This document shows positions 27,402-39,886 of a stretch of DNA of 64,000 nt, piece by piece. The DNA lies in contig NEEC01000016.1 in the NCBI GenBank assembly GCA_002189035.1, forward strand, positions 2,542,001-2,606,000, in the 5' to 3' direction. Every line of letters begins with the position of its first letter. The first letter of the stretch is position 1. Below the pieces are notes generated by a model. It was not told where the DNA came from. It worked only from the letters and a program-made list of their open reading frames with translations, and searched no databases. The stretch comes from Utricularia gibba (Eukaryota; Plantae; Magnoliophyta). The translations under genes and the position numbers were made by a program.

Positions 27402-30400
27402 AGAAGGAGTGAATAAAGAAGTGATGGAGCAACTAAAAAAGGTGAGTGAGCGTGTGGAGCTACTCAGTATGACTACACACATCCTGGACAGTTGGATGAA
27501 TAATGTTGCTCATACCCACAAGGTTTCGAGGCTCCCAAGTCAACTAGAGAAAAATCTTGCTGAATGCAAAGCTGTGGCAACAAGGAGTGGGATGCAAGGT
27601 ACAACAACAACAGAGTATCTCCACCTTCTCATAATCCTCCAGTTCCTTATCCATAGAGACAGGCCAAATCATCAGTGGATCAACAATATTCCAAGTTTCT
27701 GCAGATGCTGAAAACGCTTCATGCCCATTCACTGATGTGATGTTGCAAATGCCCACTTATGCGAAATTCTTGAAGGATATTCTGGCCAATCGAAGCAAGA
27801 TTGAGAATGATGCTGTTATTGAATTATCCAAGCAGTGCAGCACGGTTCTTACACAGGGGTTGATTCAAAAGCATGCAAATCATGGAATTTTTTCAATCCC
27901 TTGTATCATTGGAAGAAGCAATTTTGAGAAGTGCTTATATGATCTTGGGTCAAGTATCAGCTTGATGCCTTATTTTTTATTCAAAGCACTGAATCTTGAG
28001 GAGCTAAGAACCACGAAAATTCAACTGGTATTTGCTGATAAATCCATGAAGAATCCCAAAGGAGTGGTAGAAAACGTACCGGTAAAAATTGGAAAATATT
28101 TTGTTACTTGTGATTTTGTTGTTTTGGATATGGCACTTGATGTGGTAGTGCCAATCATTTTTGAGAGACCCTTTATGGCAACCACAGGAGCCTTAATTGA
28201 TGTTAGAGCAGGGAAATTGACACTCAGATTCGGAGAAGAGGAACTGAAGTTCAATGTTGATCAAGCAATGAAGCGATTTGACTGCGACGAGCTTGCGCAA
28301 AGGGAAGCGGAAGATGCTGTTACGCAGGAGCAGGCGCAAGCAGTTTTTCTGCGCGGAATTCAGGAAATAAATCTTCTGCAGGATGAAAAAGAAGACATTC
28401 CAGATGACACACCAATCATGGCTCAGCTAACAAACAAGGAACTTGATGCTAGAGAAAAAATTGAGTTGAAGAAGCTGCCACCATCATTGAGGTACGAATT
28501 TCTTGAGGATGATCACTTACCCCATGATTGTTAATGCAGGATTGAATGAATACTACACCCAAATGCTGGATGTCTTGCGCAAGCACAAACAAGCCATTGG
28601 GTACACCTTGGATGACTTGAAAGGGCTTGACCCTCAATTCTACACCCATCGGATTTATTTGGAACCTGAGGCGAGACCAATTGTGCAACAACAAAGGCGG
28701 GCGAATCCTATGCTAAAAGAGGTGATTAAAAACGAAATTTTGAAATTGTTGGATGCTGATATCATCTACTCTATTTCAAATAGCTAATGGGTTAGCCCAG
28801 CGCACTGCGTACCAAAGAAAGGAGGCATGACAGTGACAAAACGAGAAGGAAGACCTCATCCCCTTGCACAAGGTCACTGGCTGGAGGATGTGTATAGATT
28901 TTCAGAAACTCAATGATGCCACCAGAAAGGATCATTAACCATTACCATTTATTGATCAAATTATGGAAAGGTTAAGTAACCAAGCTTTCTATTGTTACCT
29001 TGATGGTTATTCCGGATATTTTCAGATTCCAATTCATCCGGAAGATCAACACAAGACCACATTTACTTGCCCTTTTGGCACCTTTGCATACAAGAGAATG
29101 CCATTCGGTTTGTGCAATGCTCCTGGAACTTTTCAGCATTGCATGACAGCCATTTTTTCGGAACATATGGAGAAGATCATGGAGGTATTTATGGATGATA
29201 TATCTGCTTATGGGACTGATTTCGATTCATGTTTGTAGAACTTAGGCATCATTTTGGAGAGGCGTATTGAATGCAACCTGGTACTCAATTGGGAGAAGTG
29301 TCATTTTATGGTTGAAGAAGTCATTGTGCTTGGACATCACATTTCTTCCAAAGGCATTCAAGTGGATCCAGCAAAAATCGAGGTGATTGAAAAATTAACA
29401 GAACCAACTACGGTGAAGGGGATTAGAAGCTTCTTGGAGCATGCAGAATTTTATAGGAGATTTATTGCTAATTTTTCTCACATTTCTCGCCCACTAACAA
29501 CGCTGCTTGCGCAAGACGCGGATTTTTGTTTTGATGAACAATGTGTGCACGCCTTCAACACGCTGAAGCAAGCTCTTATTACTGCACCCATTCTTCAACC
29601 ACCAGATTGGACCTTGCCATTTAAATTGATGTGTGATGCAAGTGATTGTGTTGTAGGGGCTGTTCTTGGACAGAAAAAAGACAAGGTAAATTATGTGATT
29701 TATTATGCCAGAACAACTCCAATGCAGCCCAAAGGAACTACACAACCACAGAAAATGAGTTGTTGGCCATTGTTTTTGCCATTGAAAAATTCAGATCCTA
29801 TTTGTTGGGTGCAAAGGTAATTGTTCATACGGATCACGCTGCCTTGAGATATCTTTTGAGAAAGCAGTAATCGAAACCCAGGTTGATAAGATGGATACTA
29901 CTTCTCCAAGAATTTGATATGGAAATTCGTGACAAGAAGGGCAAGGAAAATGGAGTGGCTGATCATTTGTCACACCTACACCTTGAAACAAGTGTGGGGG
30001 GAGTTGCCCATTGATGATTCTTTCCCCACAGAACGTATCCTTGCTGTCCAAGATGGCAATCTGCCATGGTATGCTGATTTTGTCAATTATCTTGTTGGAG
30101 GAGTCTTGCCCCAAAATCTGAACTTCAACCAGCGGAAGCGCTTCCTTGCGCAAGCAAAGCATTATTTCTGGGAAGAATCTATGCTTTTCAAACGTTGTGG
30201 TGATGGAATTATCAGAAGATGCCTACCACCAGAGGAGGTAAGGGACGTTATTTGGCACTGCCATTCATCACCCTATGGAGGGCATTCAGCAGCATCAAAA
30301 ACACTCTTCAAAATTCTTCAATCTGGATTTTATTGGTCCACCATGAGTCAAGATGTGAGGGCATTTGTTCAAGCATGCGAACCATGTCAGCATGCGGGTT

Positions 30401-31394
30401 CTATTTCCAGGAGAGATGAAGGACCCATGACTTATATCCTGGAGGTGGAAATTTTCGATGTTTGGGGGCTGGATTTTATGGGACCCTTTCCATCTTCTTA
30501 TGGAAACACTCAAATTCTTGTAGCAGTGGATTATGTCTCAAAATGGGTAGAAGCTATTGCGGCTCCAGCAGCTGATCGAAGAGCCATAATTAAGCTCTTC
30601 AAACAGATCATTCTACCCAGGTTTGGAGCCCCAAGATACGCTATAAGTGATGGAGGGAAACAGTTCATTGAAAGAGAATTCCGGAAGCTCTTGCGCAAGT
30701 ATGGAGTGAGACACAAGGCATCAACTCCATATCACCCACAAACCTGCAGACAAGTGGAGGTAACTAACAGGGAATTGAAGAGGATTCTGGAGCGTACGGT
30801 GGCCAAAACTCGCAAGGATTGGGCAACTAAAATAACTGGTGCTTTATGGGCTTATACCACAGCGTATAAGACTCCCTTGGGGACCTCCCCTTATCGTTTG
30901 GTGTATGGAAAAGCTTGTCACTTGGTTGTGGAATTAGAGCACAAGGCATATTGAGCTATCAAAGAATTAAATTTGGATGCCAACGCAGCTGGAGAGCAGA
31001 GGATCTTGCAACTCCAAGAGCTGGACGAGCTAAGGATGAGTGCCTACGAAAATACAAAACTGTACAAGGAACAAATGAAGGCTTGGCATGACAATCACTT
31101 GCGCAAGAAGGACCTGGCAGAAGGTGACCCAATTTTGTTATTTAACTCTCCTTTTTGCCTCTTTCCAGGAGAGCTCAAGTCTAGATGGCGTGGACCATAC
31201 ACCATCAAGAAAATCTACCCTAGTGGAGCAGTCCTCATCACTCACCGTGATCATGGAGAATTTATGGTAAATATTTAGAGATTGAAACGGTTTCATAAAG
31301 GAGTAAAATCTTCCATGGACACATTGCATGTTCTAGTGGACCTCTCTCACCACCCCCCCACCCTCATGAGAAAGCACCTAGGGTTTACTTGTTG
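27402..31394 (+). pseudogene. Athila gag C-terminus + pol, copy 3
   Basis: Offset 11194 from copy 2, with a private 1-bp deletion at ~29720 in RNase H. Confidence 0.92.
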
Positions 31395-32179
31395 AAGAAA
31401 ATGATATAAGTTGAAGAGTTCTTAGGGTCAAACCCATTCTCCGTAATGAATGCTTCGATTTAAAGAAGAGCTCAATATGGCCGAATCCTAACATCTGCAA
31501 ATATCGGTTGCTTTCTGCACCTGCTATACGATCTCGCTTTTCAGACTGTGCCATATGGTCATATCTGTTAGATCTCTGATAAATATCGGTCTGTAGACTG
31601 GCATTATCCCCTCAGAGTGTCTTTTGGCAGCATTTTGGAAGCCGATTACGCTCGATTGATTTATCCCCCATCATTAAGCCCCTCTGATTTGCCGATATTG
31701 GCCCTCTCGAGGTGAGCTGAATAAAAATTAATACAACGTTGATTTCTGAAGTACCGCTTTCCACAAATGATTCGAAAACCGCTTCGGCCTAATACCACTG
31801 TCACGTGTCAGCTCGTAAATACGCAATGTTTTTTTCCCACTAATTTTGGTCACCTCAAATGTCACGTCGCTTTGTCTCCCGAATGTCTCCATTATAAATA
31901 TGTGCACCCCCTGTCATTTCTCTCCTTTACTTTCTTTATTCGCTCGCGAGGTTCCAGCGCTCTCTGAACTCCGTCGTGCTCGCCACCGTGTTTCCCACCG
32001 GAGATTGCAGACTTTTCAGGTATCCGTGCCCTCTCCACAACTTTTTCATTTTCGAGTCAGCTTTATTCTCCGTTAGGTCTTCGAATCTCCCTTAAGCCAT
32101 TCCCACTTTTTCTTAGGGTTCCCATTCTTTTCTTCCAAGCCCTTTGAAACTCCTTCCTTTTTCAATTCCTAAAAGTAAC

Positions 32180-32730
32180 ATGGGTAGGAAGTCTAGTGAG
32201 TTCAACATACTTGCTATTCGGTCCAGGTAATCGATTCTTGAGGAATACGTTATTTCCCAAGCGAGGGATAGCCAAATTCGATTTCCCCACTTCAGCCTTC
32301 TGATCCCCCTTGCCTAATTAAAAAGTGGGCTCCGATTTCCTCTCCATCCTTTACTTGTTGAATTTCTCAACATGTTTTCGGTTCCGCTCTATTACCTCGC
32401 CCCTAATTCGATCTTCTGCTTCACCACATTTCTCTTCTATTCGGCCGGCATGGATCCAAACATGACGCTAGTTGATTTCTTTCAACTCTTCAAGATCGCT
32501 GTTCGTAAGGCGAAACGTCCGATGCATGGCTTCTCCCACTTCCAGTTTCACCGGTTTGAAGACCACCCCGACTTCATTTTAAAAGCTCCTGATACCCACC
32601 ACGATTGGTGGTCTTCTTTCATCTGGGGCACTCCCCCGGTGGGAGCTTGGTGGAACTTTCCAGTTTAACCCCTAACCCCTTTCAAAGTAAAACTCTTGGG
32701 TCGTTTTCGCCCCTCCGATGAGGTCGATTA
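32180..32730 (+). pseudogene. Tat antisense accessory ORF (Transposase_28-like), degenerate
   Basis: GLRFPLHPLLVEFLNMFSVPLYYLAPNS lies antisense to pol, downstream of TATAAATA at 31893-31900. Confidence 0.7.
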
Positions 32731-33566
32731 TTTACCGGCTTTCTCGGTATACTCGCATGGTACTGGTATAGTTTGCATTTCTTCACCATTTCGATAATAT
32801 CCTACTTCATAGTTGGCCAATAATACCCAGTTCTCAAAGCTTTCCTGCATAAGGATCGTATCCCGACGTGGCTGCCGCATTCCCCTTCATGCAGATCGGT
32901 TATAAGTTCTTGAGAATGCTTTGCGCCGATACACCTCAATAGGGGTCCATCTAAGGATCTGCGATAGAGAATTCCATTTACCAATGTATATCTCTTTACT
33001 CTAATCTCCAACTGTCGGGCTTTTTATTTATCAGATGATGTTTCCCCGTTTCGTAGATACCGGATGTAGGGTGATGTCCAATCATCGAGATGACTCAGCT
33101 GTGGAGAGATATCATTTCCTGGTTGCTGGGTAATATAGTTCACGGCTCGTAAGCTCACTGAAGGGTTGTCTCGCAACCGAATCGTTACACTTCCTTCCCT
33201 CAGCTCATGAAACCCTGTAGCAAATCGAGCGAGGCTATCTGCGGATCCGTTTTCCTCGCGCGCCACGTGCGACAGGGTGAATTCCGTGAAGGTCTTCGCC
33301 AACTCCTTCACCGGAACACGGTATAGAGCCATGAGAGAGTCATGGGTTTCGTATTCACCTGAAAATTGTCCTTGCACCAGTTCAGGTGTAGACGTTGAGC
33401 TCCACAACTCCCAGTTCATTTGCAATTTTCATTCCTTCAATCAGGGCTTCATATTCGGCCACATTGTTGGACGCTGGGAATAAGAATTTCACCGTGATGT
33501 AAATGTGTTCCCCATCTCGGGTTCGGATGTCTATTCCTCCTCCAGTACAGTTATATGTTGACCCAT

Positions 33567-35271
33567 TGATAAGTGATTTTGTGTCACTTATATTTATGCT
33601 TTTCAGGACTCACTTAGATGGGTTTTGCATTCTTTTTATCCCACTTTCCTTATATTTCTAGAAGAATTTTATATCTTTCATACCACTTTGATCTTCTTGG
33701 AGGTAAAGTGTGTTTTGTGATTTTTCAGGATAATTTTGACTTAATTTGAGGGATTTTCAAGCTACTTTGATGGAGTCAAAGATTTCGTCTATTCGAATGA
33801 AGACTCGGTCAAAGATTCCCGGATAAGATAAGATTCAAATCTTATCTTGAAAAATTTGGATTTAATCCTAGAAGATTTGTATCAAATCTTAGAAGATTTG
33901 GATAGAAGATTTGATGCGAACCCGTCAAGAAAGCCTGACAAATCCCCACCATTATATAAAGATCCAAACGCAAAGACCTAAGGAGAGTCAAGTGGTGGAC
34001 GACCAAAGAGTCAATCTGATTCAACCCTCTAATTAAAAGGTGATTGGCAAACCAAATCTTGGTTGAAAAGAAGCAATTTCTCAAGAAAAAGAAGTTGGCC
34101 CTCAAGGATTGGAAGATCCTTGCAATCAAAACTATGAAATGCTACCACACTCACAGAATTAAGGAAGGAATTGGGAGTGATAAACCACACACTAGACACC
34201 ACAAGCAAGGCTTGATAAGTCTAAGTTCTACAAGAACTCAAGGAAGGAGAATTTGATCTCAAAAGTGATTACAATCAAAGTTGTCCAAAACAAGAGTAAG
34301 GCCCTTCTTATATAGCTGAAGGATTGGACCTTATTGGAGGCAAAGTAGTCATAATAATGTATTTGATCGTAATGGGCCTTCTCTAATCAAGTTGATCCAC
34401 TTTGATAATGTTGAATTCCATCCCAAACACCTGATAGCTTTGGTGATTGGCCCATAAGCTTTTAAGCACTTCTTGATTCCTTCTTGCGCTTGATCTAGTG
34501 ATTAGCCCAACTGAAATAAATAGAAAATTATTGATCTTGTGACCTTTGTCTTCATTGGAATAATCAGTAGCATCCATGATCTCATCACAATCTAGGGTTT
34601 ATAGTCGAGTCTAGCATGTTTTGGATTTCTTTCCCTTCGTTTTTCATCAACTTTTGTTGTTTAGAGTCAAGCATGCGCGTGTGACCGCTTGCGGCTGAGG
34701 ATCTGATGTGAAGCCTTGCTTGCGCAAGTTCCGCGCGTGTGACTGTCTTACTATGTTTTTCAACATTTAATTTGAGGTGTGATTCTGTTTTTCGCAACGT
34801 TTTCTTTACATTGTGATCTTTAGTACCAAATAGCCCTAAAAGAGTGTGGGGGAATCAAAAATTGGCCTCAAGCACCTAAGAAGAAGGGCTCAATCGGACA
34901 TCTTTGGCAAGGTACATTCTGTCTAATATTTTTGCGAGGTAAGAGGTGTAGGGGTTAGACTTGGGTATGGGAAAAACATGGGTTATCACAAGAGGTGAAA
35001 TGGCTCTGGTGGTGTGGTTGATTCTATAATCCCACAAAACAAGGGACGGTGCTATAACGGTCACCGAGTAACACTACTTTTAGCATAACACCCCCAAAGC
35101 TTGCGCAAGCACGTCAGTTCTCAAGGTTTGCACACACGCAAACCTTTTTTCTTTTGTTTTTAGTCTTTTTAAATCTTTGTTTTTAAAGGAAAATTCCAAT
35201 AACAATTCCCTGTGGATACGATCTTATTTTATTACTTCGACGGTTTCTATACACTCGCAGAATTACCATCA
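33567..35271 (+). mobile_element. Athila-type solo LTR inserted just after the Tat RH YVDG codons
   Basis: TGATAAG...TGTGGATACGAT...CCATCA. Degenerate TSD CCCAT/GCCGT; removing the LTR plus 5 bp restores the frame YVDG-STYNCTGGG. Confidence 0.8.
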
Positions 35272-35747
35272 GCCGTCAACGTACATGGCCCATCGGTCAT
35301 TGGCTTCCACGAAACGGTGTATAGGCCTGGTCATTTCGACCACAAAATCGGCAAGAGGTTGGGCCTTTATTGCTGTTGTCGACTTAAACTCAATATCCAT
35401 TGTACTCAATTCACCCGCCCATTTGGCAACCCTTCCAGAAATATTCTTCAGAGGCAAATTGGTGAACACCACGATGTGCCGATCTTGGAAATATGACCTC
35501 AGTTTGGTGGCCGCCATCTTCAGAGCCAAGATTAATTTTTCTGTCACCATATGCCGAGTTTCGGCTGGTAATAGAACCTTGCTATTATAATACACCGGCA
35601 AGTATTTATCTGCCGAGATGGTTGTCAAGACTACGCTGACTGCAATTGGTGATATAGACAGATATAGTACAAGGGGCTCCCCTGCTTTCGGAGCCACAAG
35701 AAGCGGGGGTGATGAGAGATATTCCTTGAGTTTTTCAAGGAAGATGG

Positions 35748-35925
35748 TTTACGCATAAACCATGCCCGTGTGGCCTTGTGGTGCTGCAGTGTATCAACAC
35801 GGGCGTGGTTAGCGCATAAACCACGCTCGTGTGGCGTTGTCATGCTGTTGTGTGTGTCTACAGGCGTAAACCACGCCCCTATGGCCTTGTGGTGCTCTTG
35901 CGTATGCACACAGGTCGCGCTCGAG
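35748..35925. repeat. GC-rich 50-60-bp minisatellite (core CATAAACCACGCCCGTGTGGCCTTGT)
   Basis: Three units here; further units at 37130-37180, 38385-38499, ~53480-53545 (rc) and 55146-55195 (rc). Confidence 0.85.
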
Positions 35926-35929
35926 CGCA

Positions 35930-36479
35930 AAGTCAGTTGCAGCCTGGCGGAAAAAATGATGCATTTCTTAACGCTGGGTTGTCATGAGCCGCCTAGATTT
36001 TTTTGATGAAACACCTTCTAGTTTTGGCAGGTGGTGGGGCAGTCTCGACTTGGGCCATGGGTTCAGTCCGGCTAATGAGCCCAGTTTGGTCCGACTTGAT
36101 GAAAATCGTGATGCTTTTATTGATGTTAGGATGTAACGAGAACCCCACACCGTTTTTCCAACAACATATTTTATATTTGAGGAGGAGCTCTCGGGGGGGC
36201 ACCTGGATCGGGCCGAAGGTAGTTCTGAACTTGGGCTCAAAGTATGTTGTAGCCCACCAAAAAAAGTGATGCATTTATTAACGTTGGGTTGTCACGAGCC
36301 GCGTACATGGTTTTGAAAGGAACACCTTCTCATTTTGAGGCGGGTGCTCTCAAGAGGCACTTGGCCCGGGTCCCGGGTTCAGTCTGGCTCATGACCCCAC
36401 TCGGGTCCGACTCGACGAAAATGATGATGCATTTGTTGAAATTAGGATATCACGTGCACCCCACATTTGTTGAGTGAGC
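35930..36479. repeat. ~155-bp satellite with ~310-bp dimer structure, ~3.5 monomers
   Basis: The GCATTT anchor recurs at 35961, 36113, 36271 and 36429; alternate monomers are more alike than adjacent ones. Confidence 0.85.
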
Positions 36480-36829
36480 ATGGGGGAATGAGTATATCAA
36501 TAGAAAGGCATTCATTTTTTGTGTTTCTGTTAACTATCATATCCAAGATTGAACCTTTGTTATTTTCAAACATGTGAAAAGATTAGGTTTCAAAGTGAAC
36601 CTAAGATGATTATCTGTTAACAAAGATTGAACCTTTGTTATTTTTATAAATCATATTTTTTCAAGCATACGAGAACATGCTAGATGCAACAATTACAAAA
36701 AAAAAAAAATATATTTTTATAAAAATATGATATTTTTTATACTCATATGATATATTTTTATAAAAATATAAATAATGTAAATAAGTTATTCATTAACCCA
36801 TATGAAAAATATAAAAGTTTCTTAGTTTT

Positions 36830-37120
36830 TAATTTTATTAGCATTCGATCCTTATTTGTACTTCGAATAGAGTGTGTATTTTTATTTTAATTAGCATTCG
36901 AACCTTGGTAACGATTCGACTCGAACAGCGTACATTTTTTATTTTAATATTTTTATCCTCCTTCGGCAAGATTGGGATCCAGCGTATATTTTTGATTTTA
37001 ATATTTTTATGAGCAATCGAAGCTTAGGAATGATTCAGCTCGAGTGTATATATATATTTATATATATGTTTTTTTTGAATTTGTATTAGCCTTCGATCCA
37101 TACGAGCGATTTAGATCGAG
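36830..37120. repeat. degenerate AT-rich ~55-65-bp tandem repeat (TCGA-cored)
   Basis: Repeated TTAGCATTCGA / TCGAGTGTATA units; homologous reverse-complement array at ~55240-55510 with a ~62-bp period. Confidence 0.7.
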
Positions 37121-37180
37121 TGCCATTCACAAGGGCACATGGGCATGGGTTGTGCGTAAACCACGCCCGTGTGGCCTTGT

Positions 37181-38384
37181 TGTAACGACGACCTGCACCC
37201 TATACGCTAAGGCCATTACTGACACCTAACACTCAGTATTGGTGTCCCAATCGTTATGGGGTGGGTTAGGAACGTGGTTGAGGGTGCATTCCTCCCTTGC
37301 CACACCGCCATTCCTGGCACCTAGCGATCCCCGGCAGCATCCCTAGCCGGATCCTTTCGCCAAGACTCACCAAACAGCACAAGGAGCGAAGTAGATATTT
37401 TATTAAGTCAAGACAATTCAAGGTTCCACACCAGGCGGCAAGCCTAGGCACACGGCGCCACAACACAAAGGAAGAACGAACACAACCAGCAAGGAAATAG
37501 AGCTAAGTCACGAAGAGAGAAGTAAGACAGCAAGTCTCGCCACACAGCCATCCACCACACATCCTAGTGATCACGCCTCACTCAACATCCACCTCCGCTG
37601 CACCCGCCTCGCCATCAGCCATGCCACCTACACAGGAAAGAGTAAGGGAAGTCAGTCCTATGCCACACGGCTCCCTCCCTAAGCCTAAACTACACATATT
37701 CACGAAGTTTCCCATCCGCACGATCCATCACTGCTGTTCGCACACGCTGCCCCCGCGAGGCATCTCCGTAACTTCTCGTATCGGCTCGCAGCCCATCATA
37801 GGCATCTCCGATGTTCTCGTAATCAATCCGAACACCTTTCCACACAGAATCCTACACGTTTGGCACCTCTCCCACTGAGCACAAGTGCTCAGTGTTGCCG
37901 CCATGACCGTAGTTCGATGGCCTCGCTTATTGCTCGCATGGCCTCACGATCCGCGGCTTCGCCGCGTTGCCATTGGGGGTGCACTCCCCAATCCTGCCGT
38001 AGCTCACAACCCCTCGATCACACAGCGAGGACTTTTAAGAACAAGACCATATCTCCACACACGAAGTTAGCTTCCACCAATCTGTCCCGCAGCGCAATTA
38101 CACTATAAAGCCCTTACCTTTGTGCGTTTTTTGTCTTCCTCTTGGTGTGGCTGCCGTCCCTCTCAGCTGGTGTCCCTTCCAAGGGCTCTAGCCCTTCTAC
38201 TTATACCCGTAATTCGTCCTATCGGGTCCATCCTAAGCCCGTCGGGTCTACCCGGAAGACACGCAAGTCTAAGGGTTGTTCACAAGTACCCTCCCTTGTT
38301 CACAAGTCTAAGCCCGTCGGGTCTACCCCTTACCATGACCGCATCTTTGTCTCTTTTCTGAGGATTTGGGTCGGGGGTGTTACA
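37181..38384 (-). mobile_element. Tekay/Del-like solo LTR #1 with 4-bp TSD TTGT
   Basis: On the minus strand it starts TGTAACACCCCC and ends GGTCGTCGTTACA. TTGT lies on both sides; the empty site is GGCCTTGTGGTGC. Confidence 0.72.
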
Positions 38385-38499
38385 TTGTGGTGCGGGTTCA
38401 TACGCACACAGGTGTGGTTAACGCATAAACCACGCTCGTGTGGCGTTGTCATGCTGTTGGGTGTGTCTGCCAGCGTAAACCACGCCCGTGTGGCCTTGT

Positions 38500-39342
38500 T
38501 AACGACTGGCCTGCACCCTAGACGCTAAGGCCATTACCGACACCCAACACTCAGCATAGGTGTCCCAATCATTATGGGGTGGGTTAGGGACGCGTGTGAG
38601 GGTGCATTTCCGTCGTCACCACACCTCCACTCCTTGCACTTGGTGATCCTTGGCGGCCTCTCTCGCCAGATCCTTTCGCCATGCCTCACCGAACTGCGCA
38701 AGTAAGGAAATAGAGATTTTATTAAGCCACGAGAATCAAGGTTCCACACTGGGCGGCAAGCCCAGGCGCACCCCGCCCCAACACGAAGGGAAACGAACAC
38801 AACCAGCAAGGAAAGAAAACTAAGTCACGAAAAAGGAAAAATAAGGCAGCAAACCTCGCCATGCATCGAGCCATCACACAACCCAGCGATCACGCCTCAC
38901 TCCACATCCTCCTTTGCCGCAACCGCCTCGCGATTAGCCATGCCACCTACACAGGAAAGAGTAAGGAAAGTCAGTCCCATGACACTAGGCTCCCTCGGTA
39001 AGCCTAGGTTACACATATTTACGAAGTTTCTTGAAATATCGCAACGCTTGCGACACACTGCCCCCGCGAGGCATCTCTGTAGCCCCTCGTATAGGCATGC
39101 TGTCCACTCAAAGCATTTCCGATGTTCTCGTAACCAGTCCCAGCACCAATCCACACAGTAACATACACGTTGACCTTTCGCACTGAGCACAAGTGCCTCA
39201 GTGTTGCCGCCATGACCGTAGTTCGATGGCCCCGCTTAGTGCTCGTGTGGCACTACCACCCACGGTTACACCGCATTGCCATTGGAGGTGCACTACCAAA
39301 TCCCGCCGCAGTTCATCATACCCTGATCACACAGCGAGGTGC
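38500..39342 (-). mobile_element. Tekay-like LTR #2, truncated by a CRM LTR
   Basis: Diverged homologue of 37181-38030. Confidence 0.72.
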
Positions 39343-39886
39343 TGATGTGACCCTCTAATGTATATAGATTAGCAACCCAAAGAACAAGAGGTGATTTTGA
39401 AGCCTAGAAAGGAACCCACCCAAGTCTACCCTCAAGAGAATCAATCTCTTGCAACCAGACTTTGAAAAGAAGGGAAATTTAGGAGCCACACTTCAGAAAG
39501 AGTTGGAATTGGAAGTGATAATCCTAAGACACCACAAGCTCGAAGCTTGATAAGTCTAGAGTGTTCAAGCTCTCAAAGAAGAGGAGAATCCTCATAACAT
39601 ACATCAAATGACTAAAGGTCCTGAAATAGAACATCTCTAGAGTATTTATACTTTAGAATTGGGCTCTAACATTATATAGCCCAAACTAAATGAAATAGAA
39701 AAGTCTAACAAGCCCAATGCTTTGATTCCAATGGTATTGAGTAGAGCCTTAAGTGTATCTTCAACCATTTTTGTCTTGCTCCTAGTCATTGGTTCTAGTG
39801 GAATCATCTTTTTTTCTAATGTGTTCACTTGGACAAACTCCTCATCATTCTTCAAATACACTTCATTATCTTCCTGGGGCTCATCA
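39343..39886 (-). mobile_element. CRM LTR without TSD (recombinant)
   Basis: Plus-strand termini TGATGTGACC...CTCATCA. Flanks GGTGC and AAGCA come from different elements. Confidence 0.82.

Larger units (their letters stand above)
31395..35745 (-). mobile_element. Tat-lineage gypsy element, internally deleted and 5'-truncated
   Basis: 3' LTR ~31395-31673, PPT AGAGGGGCTTAA at 31674-31685. RH (YVDG, SNNVAEYEAL) and integrase zinc-finger (HEGECGSH...GYYWPTM) fragments at 32735-33566 and 35272-35745. Confidence 0.88.

Noticed and set aside
35750-38500. CRISPR-like repeat-spacer pattern
   Set aside because: Units are degenerate tandem minisatellites without unique spacers, in a eukaryotic context.
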